Part shown: one piece after another, positions 52,123-64,000 of the stretch | Position numbering within the stretch: the first letter of the stretch is position 1 | Layout: each line of letters begins with the position of its first letter | Source: Octopus sinensis | Lineage: Eukaryota | Assembly (NCBI RefSeq): GCF_006345805.1 | Contig: NC_042997.1 | Coordinates: 18,290,001-18,354,000, forward strand | DNA: 64,000 nt | Direction of reading: 5' to 3' | The notes under the pieces: generated by a model | Told to the model about the DNA's origin: nothing | Database searches by the model: none | The model's input: only the letters and a program-made list of their open reading frames with translations | Program-made: the position numbers and the translations under genes

Positions 52123-52660
52123 GTGATGGTGATGGTGGTTATGACAACAACGACATTGACAACAATAATGCTGATGACAATGATGATGAAGATGGTGATG
52201 ATGAGGAAGATGGTGATGAATCAACATGGATTTTTAAAAAAAATAATCCATATTGATTAAAGGAAATCAATATTGATTACAGCAAATCAATATTAATTAA
52301 TAGAAAAAATGATGGAAAATAAACAACTTTATGTCAAATACACAACACAGATTAATAAACTTCACTGTGACTTTGCTGTTATCCACCTATCACCAAGCAG
52401 CAGGAAATTAAAGATGCAATCAGAGAGCTTTTAGTTGCAGATCAGGATCGTTGACTCTAAACTTGTAATTACCATAAAACAAAACACTCTAAAAAGTAAT
52501 ATAATAAAAACTTGTAAGTATGCTATCATTTGCTGAACAAAAAAACATTTGACCACATACAGTATTTGCTAAAAGAGAGTGGAGTGTATGCACAAGTACG
52601 ACCATGTAGCCGGGTGCCTTCTCAGGTCAATTCCAAGTCACTGGAAAATGGTTGTCACAG
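51670..52660 (+). mobile_element. Heavily decayed R4/Dong-like ORF fragment interrupted by (GAT)n at 52045-52222
   Basis: MGIGLNKCAK; MNEDIRKKYCRKVKLILK..ARNKI; LKRLNRKSRR..HSKA; ..VADQD..NY..; ..KYDHVA.. Confidence 0.6.
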
Positions 52661-52809
52661 GGGAAAAAAAGGTAGTCTTTTAGTCTTTTGTTAAGTTTCA
52701 GTCATTCACCTGAGATCATGCAGAAACACTGCATTCAAGATTCAAGTCTTTTAGTTAATCAAATGATAGTCGATCAGTGAAATTAAGTTGGTTGGTATTT
52801 GTTTTTATT

Positions 52810-53311
52810 GGCGGCGAGCTGGCAGAAATGTTAGCACGCCGGGCAAAATGCGTAGCCGTATTTCGTCTGTCGTTACGTTCTGAGTTCAAATTCCACCGAG
52901 GTCGACTTTGCCTTTTATCCTTTCGGGGTCAATAAATTAAGTACCAGTTACGCACTGGGGTCGATGTAATCGACTTAATACCTATGTCTGTCCTTGTTTG
53001 TCCCCTCTGTCTTTAGCCCCTTGTTGTTAATAAAGAAATAGGTAAGAAAAAAGAAAAAGAAAAAGAAAAAAAAAAGGTGGCCAGCTGGCTGAATCGTTAG
53101 CACGCCGAGCAAAATGCTAAGTGGTATTTCGTCTGTCATTACGTTGTGAGTTCAAATTCCGATAAGGTTGACTTTGCCTTTCATCCTTTCGGGGTCGATA
53201 AATTAAGCACCAGTTTTGCACTGGGGTCGATGTAAATCGACTTAATACCTATGTCTGTCCTTGTTTGTCCCCTCTATGTTTAGCCCCTTGTGGGTAATAA
53301 AGAAATAGGTA
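52810..53311 (+). mobile_element. Tandem pair of SINE family A copies (52810-53043, 53076-53311) inside one target-site duplication
   Basis: GGTATTTGTTTTTATTG at 52794-52810 and 53308-53324; A-rich linker between copies. Confidence 0.88.
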
Positions 53312-53391
53312 TTTGTTTTTATTGTACCTATGTATTGAATCGCTAAGTTGACATAAAAGGATGCAACTTGACACAAGATTAGTAAAAGTAA

Positions 53392-53785
53392 CTCTTTTAC
53401 TCTTTTACTTGTTTCAGTCATTTGACTGTGGCCATGCTGGAGTACCGTCTTTAGTCGAGCAAATCGACCCCAGGACTAATTCTTTGTAAGCCTAGTACTT
53501 ATTCTATTGGTCTCTTTTGCCAAACCGTTAAGTTACGGGGATGTAAACACACCAGCATAGGTTGTCATGCGATGTTGGGGGACAAACACAGACAAACAAA
53601 CATGTATACACACATGTATATATATATATACGACAGGCTTCTTTCAGTTTCTGTCCACAAAATCCACTCACAAGGCTTTGGCCGGCCTGAGGCTATAGTA
53701 GAAGACACTTACCCAAGGTGCCCCCCACAGTGGGACTGAACCCGGAACCATGTAGTTCGTAAGCAAGCTACTTACCACACAGCCA
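53392..53785 (-). mobile_element. SINE family B, full length
   Basis: Reverse complement of 11936-12345. Confidence 0.9.
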
Positions 53786-54156
53786 CTCCTACACCTAAAA
53801 ACAAATATGACACATACATAGAAATATTCATCTACTACTACTACTACTACTATTCTGGTCATCACTTGGAATTAATGATAACTTCCTACATGCACCAGAC
53901 TTTTACTGATTGTTTTAAATAACTATAAAGTCAAGAGCAGACATGAGAATCCTCTCAGTCTCCTTCTCCTTAACCCAGCAAAAAATTCAGGATGTGAAAG
54001 CTGAAAGTAGTGCAACAGCATTTGGCCGATATTCATTTCAGCTGAGTATATGGAATCAGCATAAAATGAAGCTCCTTGCTCAAGAATCAAACCTACGAAT
54101 TTATGACTATGAACCCCAAATCCTAACTAGTGGGTAAGCGTTTTCATGCATACATA

Positions 54157-54196
<40 letters not shown>

Positions 54197-54287
54197 CACA
54201 CATACACACACACATGCAAAACATATATACACATGCACTCACACACACATATGTACATAGTGAGCTTCATCACAGTTTCTGTCTATC

Positions 54288-54452
54288 AGGTGCAGGCATG
54301 TCTGTGTCGTAAAATGTTTGCTACCTAGTCACATAGTTTCAGGTTCAGTCCTACTGCATGGAATCTTGGGCATATGTTTTCTACTATATCCTTGGGCTGA
54401 CAAAAGCCTTGTGAGTGGATTTGATAGATGGAAATCTAAAATATGTCTGTAG

Positions 54453-54496
<44 letters not shown>

Positions 54497-54958
54497 TTCG
54501 AGCGAGGTCATTGCCAGTACCGCCTGACTGGCCCCCGTGCCGGTGTCACATAAAAAGCACCCACTACACTCTCGGAGTGGTTGGTGTTAGGAAGGGCATC
54601 CAGCTGTAGAAACTTTGCCAAATCAAGATTGAAGCCTGGTGCAACCATCTGGTTCACCAGCCCTCAGTCAAAATCGTCCAACCCATGCTAGCATGGAAAA
54701 CTGACGTTAAACGAGGATGATGATGATGATGATATATTCATATGTCATTTTATCCGTGTTTGTTCCCCATCACCCTTGACAACTGGCTTTGATGTGTCTA
54801 TGTCCTAGTAACTTAGCAGTTCAGCAAATGAGTAAGTACTAGGCTTAAAGTAAGTACCAAGCTTCAAAAAAGTACTGGAGTCAATTCTTTCAACAAAATT
54901 TCTTCAAGTCCCAATATGGCTGCAGTCTAATAACTGAAACAAGTAAAAGATCAAAGAT
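54288..54958 (+). mobile_element. Old SINE family B interrupted by an RTE 3' fragment in its internal (TA)n
   Basis: SINE 5' half 54288-54455 and 3' half ~54745-54958. Confidence 0.75.
54496..54735 (+). mobile_element. RTE 3' UTR fragment with (GAT)n tail
   Basis: ttgccagtaccgcctgactggcccccgtgccggtg..gctagcatggaaaactgacgttaaacga(gat)n. Confidence 0.88.
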
Positions 54959-56962
54959 ACCAATTGCCACTCACAATCTGTTAGTCAACATGAGGCTACA
55001 ATGGTCTAGTACTTATGGATATATTTCAGAATCATATACTAGAAGCAATTTAGTAAACATTAGAATGGCATCTAGGTATAATATTGTCAATTAACACATT
55101 AAAGATGAGGACAGTAAACTAGAAAAATATAAATTTTATTAGGATACATATTCGAGATTGCAATATTTTTGTGTTCAAACGACCATATCTCTTAATAGCC
55201 TCCCTTAAAGCACAGGGATTTAACACATTTTAGATCTCAACATATTCTGACAAGATTTAAAGCTCCTAATGTGTAAGAGCTGAGATTTTCATATATCAAA
55301 GCAAGATCTACATACTGAGGGCTGTAACTTTGTGTTCTTTAATCACCAAAAATTAAACATAGCTGAAAGGTTGCAATAGTATTAATAGTGGAACCCTAGC
55401 ATCCCAGGTTCCACTAAATGCAACTAGTAAAGGAGAGTAAAAATAAAATATATCAACCAAGAAAATGGAATAACAGACATTTTTATTAAAACTTTTTAAT
55501 AAATATTTTGTCATAATCAGAAGGAAAAGACAGTTGTTATACGTACTGGAATAAAAGTTACTTGAGTAGTTTCTGTCAAGATAAGGACGTAAAGTAAAGG
55601 ACAAAAGATGGCAGAAGGAAATAGCTGAAGTAGTGATTACAACAGATGATCCTAGAAGTCATTTTCCATGCACCAGTGGTCAAAATTATGAGGCTAGTTA
55701 GAACTATCTTCAATATCAGGAGTCAACAAGAAAATAGAGTTCCAAGAAATAGAAGATTCTCTTCTTCCAGCATAGGACCAGGAAAATACTGCAACAAGCC
55801 ATAACAACATCATCTTATCCCTTCCCCTGAATGTTGCTTACCTTGTGCACAAATCAGAAATCCTTTTTATTATTACTATGAAGTATCAACACATTACAAC
55901 CAATATCCAGCAGAATGTCCTTTTTGTTCTCTGTTTATCTTTTCTGAGTAAATACAATGGGCACCGCTCCTCTCAATTAGCTGTTTACAACTTACATGAT
56001 TTCCTCATTCTTGACATCTCCTTATGTGCTACACTCTTCGCCACTGACTGCTTCATCCAATTATTCTTTCCCAGAGTCTCAACATTCTGGATTTTCCTTT
56101 ATGCTTACATTTTAATGCAAATATCGATTTACAGATGTGTTTTCAAACCTAAAAATTAACTTCACTAGTCTTACCTGTCATTGAAAGCCTACAAATATAA
56201 TGGGCACATATCTTCCTTCTCTATTTAATAACAGAAAAACTAGGGTAATTTCTAATACATCCCTTATCACAAATAATATAATAGAGGCAGTGATATCCAA
56301 TATGCTTTTCAGCCTGAAACATTCTATAAGTCATTTAATGTTTTGCTCATTCTATTATCGATTTCCTGCTTAATATAATATAATATAATAATTCCTGCAG
56401 TAGTTTATTTGCTCCCTTTTATGTGCTGTTTTGATCCCATTTTATAATTAGTTATTTCCTCTCTCTATTATGTAAATTGCATCAATTGTATTTTTACACT
56501 AAATATCATAAACCACTTTTTATTGACAACCTGTTGAAGGTAGAATGTAATATTGTAAATGTAATATCTTTTGCGCCTATATCATTAAGAGTCAAAGAAA
56601 TCCTCTCTCACTAATTGTGTACTAAATGCACACAAACATATACACACTTGCAAATGCACACACAGAAACACACGCACATATACCTGAGTGAGCATACAGA
56701 CACACAGATATTGAAGGGATTGGAAGGTTCAGTGCTTCAGAGAGATCAGTGGTTTTCTTCTTGGTGAGAGTCTTTGGACAAGTCTGGAGATTCCTGCCCG
56801 AGATAAAATCTTTAGCTTTGTCACTCAATGACTTTTTTAATTTTGCTCTGTAAATGTATTGGATGGAAGTGGCATACATATTACACAGACGACATGAGAA
56901 ACAAACTATAATACTGACCATCAAATGCTTCGATCCAAGATTACCTTCACAGTAGCCCTCTA

Positions 56963-57330
56963 ATCATCATCATCATCATCATTTAGCGTCCGTTTTCCAT
57001 GCTAGCATGGGTTGGACGGTTTAACTGGGGTCTGTGAAGCCGGAAGGCTTCATCAGGCCCAGTCAGATTTGGCAGTGTTTCTACGACTGGATGCCCTTCC
57101 TAACGCCAACCACTCCGTGAGTGTAGTGGGTGCTTTTTACGTACCACCTGCACAGGTGCCAGACAGAGCTGGCAAACGGCCACGAATGGATGGTGTTTTT
57201 ACATGCCACCGGCACAGGACCCAGGTGAGGCTGGCAACAGACATGAACGGATGGTGCTTTTACGTGCTACCGGCACGGGGGCCAGGCGAGGCTGGCAATG
57301 GACACGAGCGGATGGTGCTTTTACATGCCA
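56963..57330 (-). mobile_element. RTE 3' UTR fragment with ~60-bp tandem units
   Basis: Reverse complement of 21238-21642. Confidence 0.9.
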
Positions 57331-58899
57331 ACTAATGGAACTTATAAATCCATTAAACTAACAATAGAGAAATTGGTGTATAGGAATGTAATGTGTACTC
57401 TGGAAAGGGATATTAAATGAGGTTCTAGGTTCATGAGGAAAAGAAGTGAAAAACAGGAAGTATAAATGAACGATGGTCTTCGCATTATGCGATGGTATAT
57501 GACACAGGACAATGCTTAGGAAAACCAACTTGAAAACATTAACACTGTATTCATTGTGAAAGTACCACTACTAGAGTAATGCATCCAAGCTTGACTGAAA
57601 TGTTTCCAGTCTCCCAATACTCGTTCAAACATTACTAAATTCAGAGAAGCCTGAAGATTGCAATAATACATATACAAAAATTTGAAGTGGTGGGAAGACA
57701 AAACATCACCAAAGTAGCATTGTGCTACACGTTCCCAGTTCTTTTTGGACAATTTTACATTACAAAAAGATTTCAGTACATTCTTGGTCAAAGGTAATTT
57801 TTCCTTAATAAAAACCAAAAAGGAGTTTAGAGAAAATCACTCAAGGGGGCTAGTTGCATAAATTTAGATTACAAAATTAAGATGTACTGAATGCCAAACA
57901 CAACAACGTCTGAATTTATGAAAATTTCCCTTGTCACAGGAGGATATTGTATTAAATTGACTATAATTCATCAGAGGAAAGTACGAAAAATCTATGTTAA
58001 TTTGGCCAAATTGAATCGGCAAAACACAGTTGTCTTTCACTTCTGAAACAAACATCAGATTTTCCTTTTTCCTAAGCATTTTCAATCATTCTTAAATTTA
58101 TTCCCAATTACTTGAAATTCTTTCTCTTTCTTATCTAGTGGGGCTAATAATTGCCACTGAGTTTCTGTTTTCTTTCTTGGTTCATAATGAAAATTTCAAT
58201 AGATTAATGATCTCTCGTATATTCAATTCAATATACTCTCCATCACATTATATATGTGTGTGCCTGTGCATGGTTGTACTTTAAGATGACCATACTGCTA
58301 ATAAACACACGCATTTATTATATTGCACTTCAGGTTTAGTTTCATTGTTTTTTTGTCCACTATTGCAACATTTTCACCAATTCCAATACATATTTATTAT
58401 GTATGGTATGTAGACAAGCATTATCAACACAGTATCAAGTTTGTGAATGTATATTGTCGTATTACAATTTTGGTTGCATTGTGTCTGTTTATATTTTCAT
58501 TTGCTTAGTTTTACCTTTATTGATAGCAACAGAAAGATGTGATAAGAAATCATTCTTGTATGCATCCATCCCGTTAAACATGAAAGCACATATTAAGTTT
58601 CATCTGCTACATGTAAAGCTTTGGGTAGAACCGATGGAACCAATCAGAATGTATAGAGAAGGTAAGAGAAAATCTATTCCTTATTTTCACTAGACATCAA
58701 CCATTGTCATCAATGATAGAAATGGAAAGTGTCATATCCAGTAGAAAATTTTTGAACAGGTTTGAAATATGAAGAAAGGAAGTGACATGGCACTCTCGTG
58801 GATGTTACACCCACGAGCGAGATGTTTCATAAATTTAAGAAAATGCCATACGGAATAAAACTTAAAATCAGAGAAATAGGAAAGCAGGATTTCCATTGA

Positions 58900-59300
58900 G
58901 TATGTAAATCATACTCTTTTCAGAAAAAAAACAAAAACTTATATATTGGTAACACTGCAGAATGTGAACATTCCCAATCCACAGATGACCAGCAAAACTA
59001 GGGATATAATGTATCACATGATGTGCATAGAAGAGTAGTGTAAGGATACCATTACAACCTATATAGAAGAGACAACATAGAGTACAACTGAAAGGATTGG
59101 AAAACACAGGTATGAATACAATAAAAGGAAACAGATATTCATACTCAATGAAAATACTATATCAATAAACAATGCATCAATAAACAATGTTGAAATGAAA
59201 ACTCTTCCCAAAGATCCAAAAGATATTATTGAACCAGAACACAAACTGGATGTAGTTTCTGATTCCACATACACCTTTAATATAAAGAATAGATAGAGTA
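58900..59300 (+). mobile_element. Decayed GIY-YIG-like C-terminus of a Penelope-like element
   Basis: MTSKTRDIMYHMMC..*CK..TYIEETT*STTERIGKHRYE fits TCxTxNVIYxIxCxxC..YIGETxR..R..EH. Confidence 0.5.
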
Positions 59301-59548
59301 ACGACTTCACAACCAAAACCCACCAACTACTGCCATAGTAGTAGAGGTAAAATGATAAAATAAAAATTTGTCATCATGCACATAAAGCACAGTCACACAT
59401 CTACAAACTATATACTTATATACACAAGCTACAGAGTATAAACACATTCATATGTCGGCACCAAAGAAAACAAAAATAAAGAAATAAAATCTCGCACAAT
59501 AGAATCAAAACATTTGTAGAACAACAGACTCAAAAGTTTTGACAACAT

Positions 59549-59599
<51 letters not shown>

Positions 59600-59602
<3 letters not shown>

Positions 59603-59682
59603 TAAATAAATGGAGCTTAACGCAGGTGTAATCAAATATTTTCACTTTCCATGTTAATTGTTAACAAGGTAAAAATACACTC

Positions 59683-59737
<55 letters not shown>

Positions 59738-59828
59738 GAATAAATAAATGGAGCTTAACGCAGGTGTAATCAAATATTTTTACTTTCTATGTTAATTGTT
59801 AACAAGGTAAAAATACACTCATCTATTT
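59600..59828. repeat. Two 91-bp direct repeats separated by (TA)n
   Basis: 59600-59690 and 59738-59828, two C/T differences. Confidence 0.9.
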
Positions 59829-60146
59829 ATATATATATATATATATACATGTCACTTGGCCAAATAAAATACACAACAAAGAAAATAAGTTCTAGAATTT
59901 GAAATCATTGAAAAGGTTACACTATTGTAACAAAAAATTTATGACAAAATTTATCAATAAATCTAAACTACAATTTATGCATGTGTTCATTGGTAGTAAA
60001 CTTATTCCAAGTTACAGTATTGGCTTTAATACAGTATCATATAGAATTTTTGCAAAACAAATTCAGGACGATATGGGCGCGTATCTATATATTTATAGAT
60101 GGATGCATACATATTAATACATACACATATATACATACGAATAAAT

Positions 60147-60195
<49 letters not shown>

Positions 60196-60409
60196 CATAC
60201 ACACACACACACATACATAGAGTGAAGTTCCATTGCTTTCTCTGTAAGTTACTTTCATTTATCCTCTATGTAGTATAATTTAAGATCTATTAGATAATCT
60301 GCAGCCTTTTCTTTCTAGTAACGATGTTAATAGAGAAATTTTCAATAATTGTCTCAGTAAACCAAGTGGCTTCACAGAGATGTACATTCATGTGTGTATT
60401 TTATATATA

Positions 60410-62095
60410 TATATATACTTTATTAAAAAGTAGCAGAAATATAACAAAAGCTGTTACTCAGAGTTTCACGTTCCCGTTCGTCAGACAGGTTTTGTTAAAA
60501 TAGAACAGAAATAACGATCTAACCAAAAACTAGTTAAAGGAAACACCTTTAAAAATGGATTTGTTTCATTGATCCTTTCAATTAACGGTCTTAAGCATGC
60601 AATGAACAAAATAAATGAATTCAATATAAATTCATTTTATTATAAAATCGAAGAAAACCTTAAATCGATGAGTGGATTCAAAATACATATTGTAAATAAT
60701 TACATACGAAATATAATTCAAGTAATACATTAAAATAAAAATTTTCATGCTGCATTACATAAATATTTTACAACAGTATGTACCCATACTAGACCATATA
60801 TAATATATATATATATATATATACATCAAAATACACAGATGCAAAAAAATACTTGATACAGTCACAATATTCAAAGAAAGATTTTCTCAAGAGTTCTTAA
60901 CTATTAATAAATTTTTGTAAAACAGATTGACACAAATATTTTGGAAAGAAACTTTTGAACTGTGTGTAAGAACTTTCATTGTTCAACTTTTCAAACACGT
61001 GTATTCCGGTTCAATCCATATAAAGGATATTATTTTTAGTAATGGTGTTGACTATTTCCAGTTTTATTTTGAGTTTTGAATTCTGGTAAAGAATTCTTCT
61101 TTTGCCTTTCGTAGGTGATCATTTACATCATTTATCTTGGAAAATGTAAATATTTTGGAAATTTTCATTTGCAAAAAATACCTAAATGTCCAAACATGGA
61201 ACATTTCTAAGCAACAAATGCTTAATTTGTTGTTTGTGTACTCTCGTGCACCTGGTTAATTTTGATCCTGTTTCTCTGAAGTAATTCTCATTGCAGATGG
61301 GAATTATTTCTTGCTATTCATATTTTCATCCCCTTTCAGGTTTTTGAGATTCTTGAATCTTTTGGTTGTTCCTTGTTCAATTATTTTACACATCCCACAA
61401 CGAAGGTCTCCACAATTTGTTACCTGCATTATTTATTTCTCCTTTCTGAATCTCACTTTGTTAGCAATTTTTTGAGATTTTATTCTTTTTGTAATATAGA
61501 AATTAGGATTTCTTTTGCACTTGTAACAGTATGATTTATTAGACTTTTGAAGTATTTCTATTTTTGAAGGAACATATTTAGTTCTACAAGTCGTTTCTTT
61601 CGTCTATTTGTGTCTTATATGAGCATATAAGTCTTGCCATATTGAATGGGATGTTCCTTTCAATGTGGGGTGGTTGGCAAGATCTTAAATCTAAATACAG
61701 CTGTATACGTCATTTCAGTAGATACCGGTTATAACTGTCTCATCATTCTTAATGATCAGGATGTCCAGGCAAAGAAGTTCTCTTCCATTCATTTCTAGTG
61801 AACTTGATCTAATTCATAAATACTATTTATTAACTGAAGGAATTTTGTAAAGTTCTCCTTGCTTTTGTTCAAAGTATGAAGTGACCACCCAGGAATCTTT
61901 TCCAGTTTCCAATTGAATAAGATTGGAAATATTGATCAAAAGTAATTTCAGATAAGTATGAATTTTTTCTTCTGGGAATCCCATTACTAGTGTTGGTGCG
62001 ACTTTCGTTCCCATTGTCATGCCTTGTATTTGGTGGTAATATTGGTTGCCAAAGAGAAAATAGTTGTTTTCCAATGCCAATCATAATCCTTCAAG
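60410..62095 (-). mobile_element. 5'-truncated, decayed Penelope-like element (RT, GIY-YIG, 3' terminus with HHR and AATAAA)
   Basis: ENNYFLFGNQYYHQIQGMTMGTKVAPT..LVMG; NWKRFLGGHFIL (degenerate RxLDD); LDILII; NIPFNMA; CGDLRCGMC; ENYFRETG..RVHKQQI. Confidence 0.85.
60443..60496 (-). ncRNA. Complete minimal type-I hammerhead ribozyme motif
   Basis: aacaaaacctgt-CTGACGA-acg GGAA cgt-GAAA-ctctgag-TA-acagcttttgtt; 12-bp stem I with one mismatch, GNRA-capped stem II, GUA cleavage triplet. Confidence 0.8.
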
Positions 62096-63200
62096 TATAA
62101 ATCTTTACACACACACACACGTATATGTTATCGAACACTTTGCTCAAAAATAATAATAATAAACACTTCAAAAAGGAAATAGAGTAGTTATACTTTTAAA
62201 TTGTCAAGCAGTATATTTTTTGACTTTGCATATAGCCAGGTCAGAAAGTAATCGAAGGCTTCGCATCTAGCATTACACTTAACAATATTGACAACCCTTT
62301 ACCAAGTACAATACAATATGCAAAACCATTGGTGACTTTCTCACCAACTATGTGCCATAACAACGAATATGCTGCTTGGTAAAATAAAAATGTATATGTA
62401 TGTGCATGTGTATGTGTGTGAGAGAGATTTACGTTTGTTTTACTTTAGTTTCATATTGATTATAGTTATTACACACTTTGAGAAATATCTCCATGATATA
62501 TATTATGCATTTGACATGTATTTTCTGATTTGCATTTTTATAATGTGAAAGAAGAAAGGTGTACGGATTTGGGGGCACATCAAGCAAGGAAACTACACAC
62601 ACACACAAACAACTATACACACATAAAACTATACACACACATACAACTATACACACACACAACATATATTGAGTATCTTTCCTTCAGTTGGTTAATGAAA
62701 ACCATGTGTATATACATATACATAGATGCAGTTAAAATTTGTAAAACATTCCTGAGATTCTCTATAAGAGTTTCCCATGCTAAACATATGAAAAAAATGC
62801 TCCAGGAACGAGATTCACTGTGGATTTTCTGGGCCAGGCATATGCATATCTCTGCATATACATATGGAATGCATAAAAATATACACATAAGAGGGAAGAA
62901 TAAACACTTGTAAACTAAAGTAGTAAAAATGTGTATCAGTGACACTTGAATACTAAAGTAAAACACACATTCACCACACAAATGCAAATTATACATGAGC
63001 ATAAACATGTGTATAGATTCATATCAACCGATTCAAACGACTACAGATCTCCACCCCCCACCCCCAGCACTTGTTTAAATGTAGCAAAAGAGCCTTGCCA
63101 CTTGGTCAGTGGCTAACTTGAATTTTTCAGATGGAAAAACCTTAAATATTGAAGATGCAGACGTATTACGTGCACACACACACACACCACACACACACAC

Positions 63201-63431
<231 letters not shown>

Positions 63432-64000
63432 AAGATTATTGCTCACTTTCCATTTACCTGCCTGATAGATCAGAAACTATGGTAAAAGTTCCTTTCCCAA
63501 AGGACCGTGTGATTGAACACAGAACCATGTTGTAATGAATCAAACATTTGAAATGTGCCTATCTGAAGGAAGAGCACGAAGTCAGCAACAATATTTCAAC
63601 TCATGAGATTATGATTGTCTCTTCTGATATCTTAACTATTCAGCCACCATAAATCTAAAGCCAATATTTAGAGGGATAAATATGAGGAACTTGATCTGGA
63701 CTGTAGTATATCAGACTTGATAATTAATTGTATGTACTTGTCTTGGGTTCAAATTCAACAGGGGCGATGATTTAATCTCTAATGGCAATTAAATAAGTAC
63801 TGATAATATATTAAACTTATGCATTATTAAAATAAATCAGTATTATAATGGATAGAAGTGAACACTGCAGAATCAGATGTATGCAGATTGTGCTTTCTAT
63901 TGTGTCATCAAGTTCAGACATTGACGTTTCCTGCGATATAATCAGATTAAACTGTCTTTGTCTATGGGTGGAAGTACTTGTAAGTATTGGCATGTGATGT

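Noticed and set aside
57030-57060. Minus-strand CTGATGA followed by perfect hairpin agcc-ttcc-ggct (similar at 21545)
   Set aside because: Followed by TCAC, not GAAA; other RTE copies lack the CTGATGA, so it is a chance variant of the RTE UTR.
57516-57818. 100-aa minus-strand ORF with LGDWKHFS, faintly sulfotransferase-like
   Set aside because: Only one short motif; no other sulfotransferase motifs or convincing splice sites.
58786-58820. Hairpin ctcgtgg-(9 nt)-ccacgag near a GAAAC on the minus strand
   Set aside because: Motif order does not fit a hammerhead and the CUGANGA box is absent.

Overview
AT-rich, repeat-dominated eukaryotic DNA. The SINE/LINE families and microsatellite load look like Octopus (coleoid cephalopod) genome; this is recognition from memory, not a database hit. 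I found no confidently identifiable host protein-coding gene, rRNA, true tRNA gene or CRISPR array, so the window is probably intergenic or inside a long intron. Almost all supplied ORFs are microsatellite read-throughs or transposon relics. The window holds decayed RTE, CR1-like, R4/Dong (RLE), Tx1/L1-like and Penelope-like (PLE) retroelements, Tc1 and DD37D(maT) transposase relics, Helitron-like non-autonomous elements and four tRNA-headed SINE families (my labels A-D). The most interesting signal is a set of minimal type-I hammerhead ribozyme (HHR) motifs: (i) a complete one at the 3' end of a PLE relic (60443-60496, minus); (ii) three head-to-head fold-back palindromes made from PLE-type 3' termini, clustered within 40.8-44.8 kb at (TA)n tracts; (iii) a tRNA-headed SINE family (two copies) carrying an HHR-bearing PLE-like tail. 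Coordinates were read by hand; edges of old elements are approximate.
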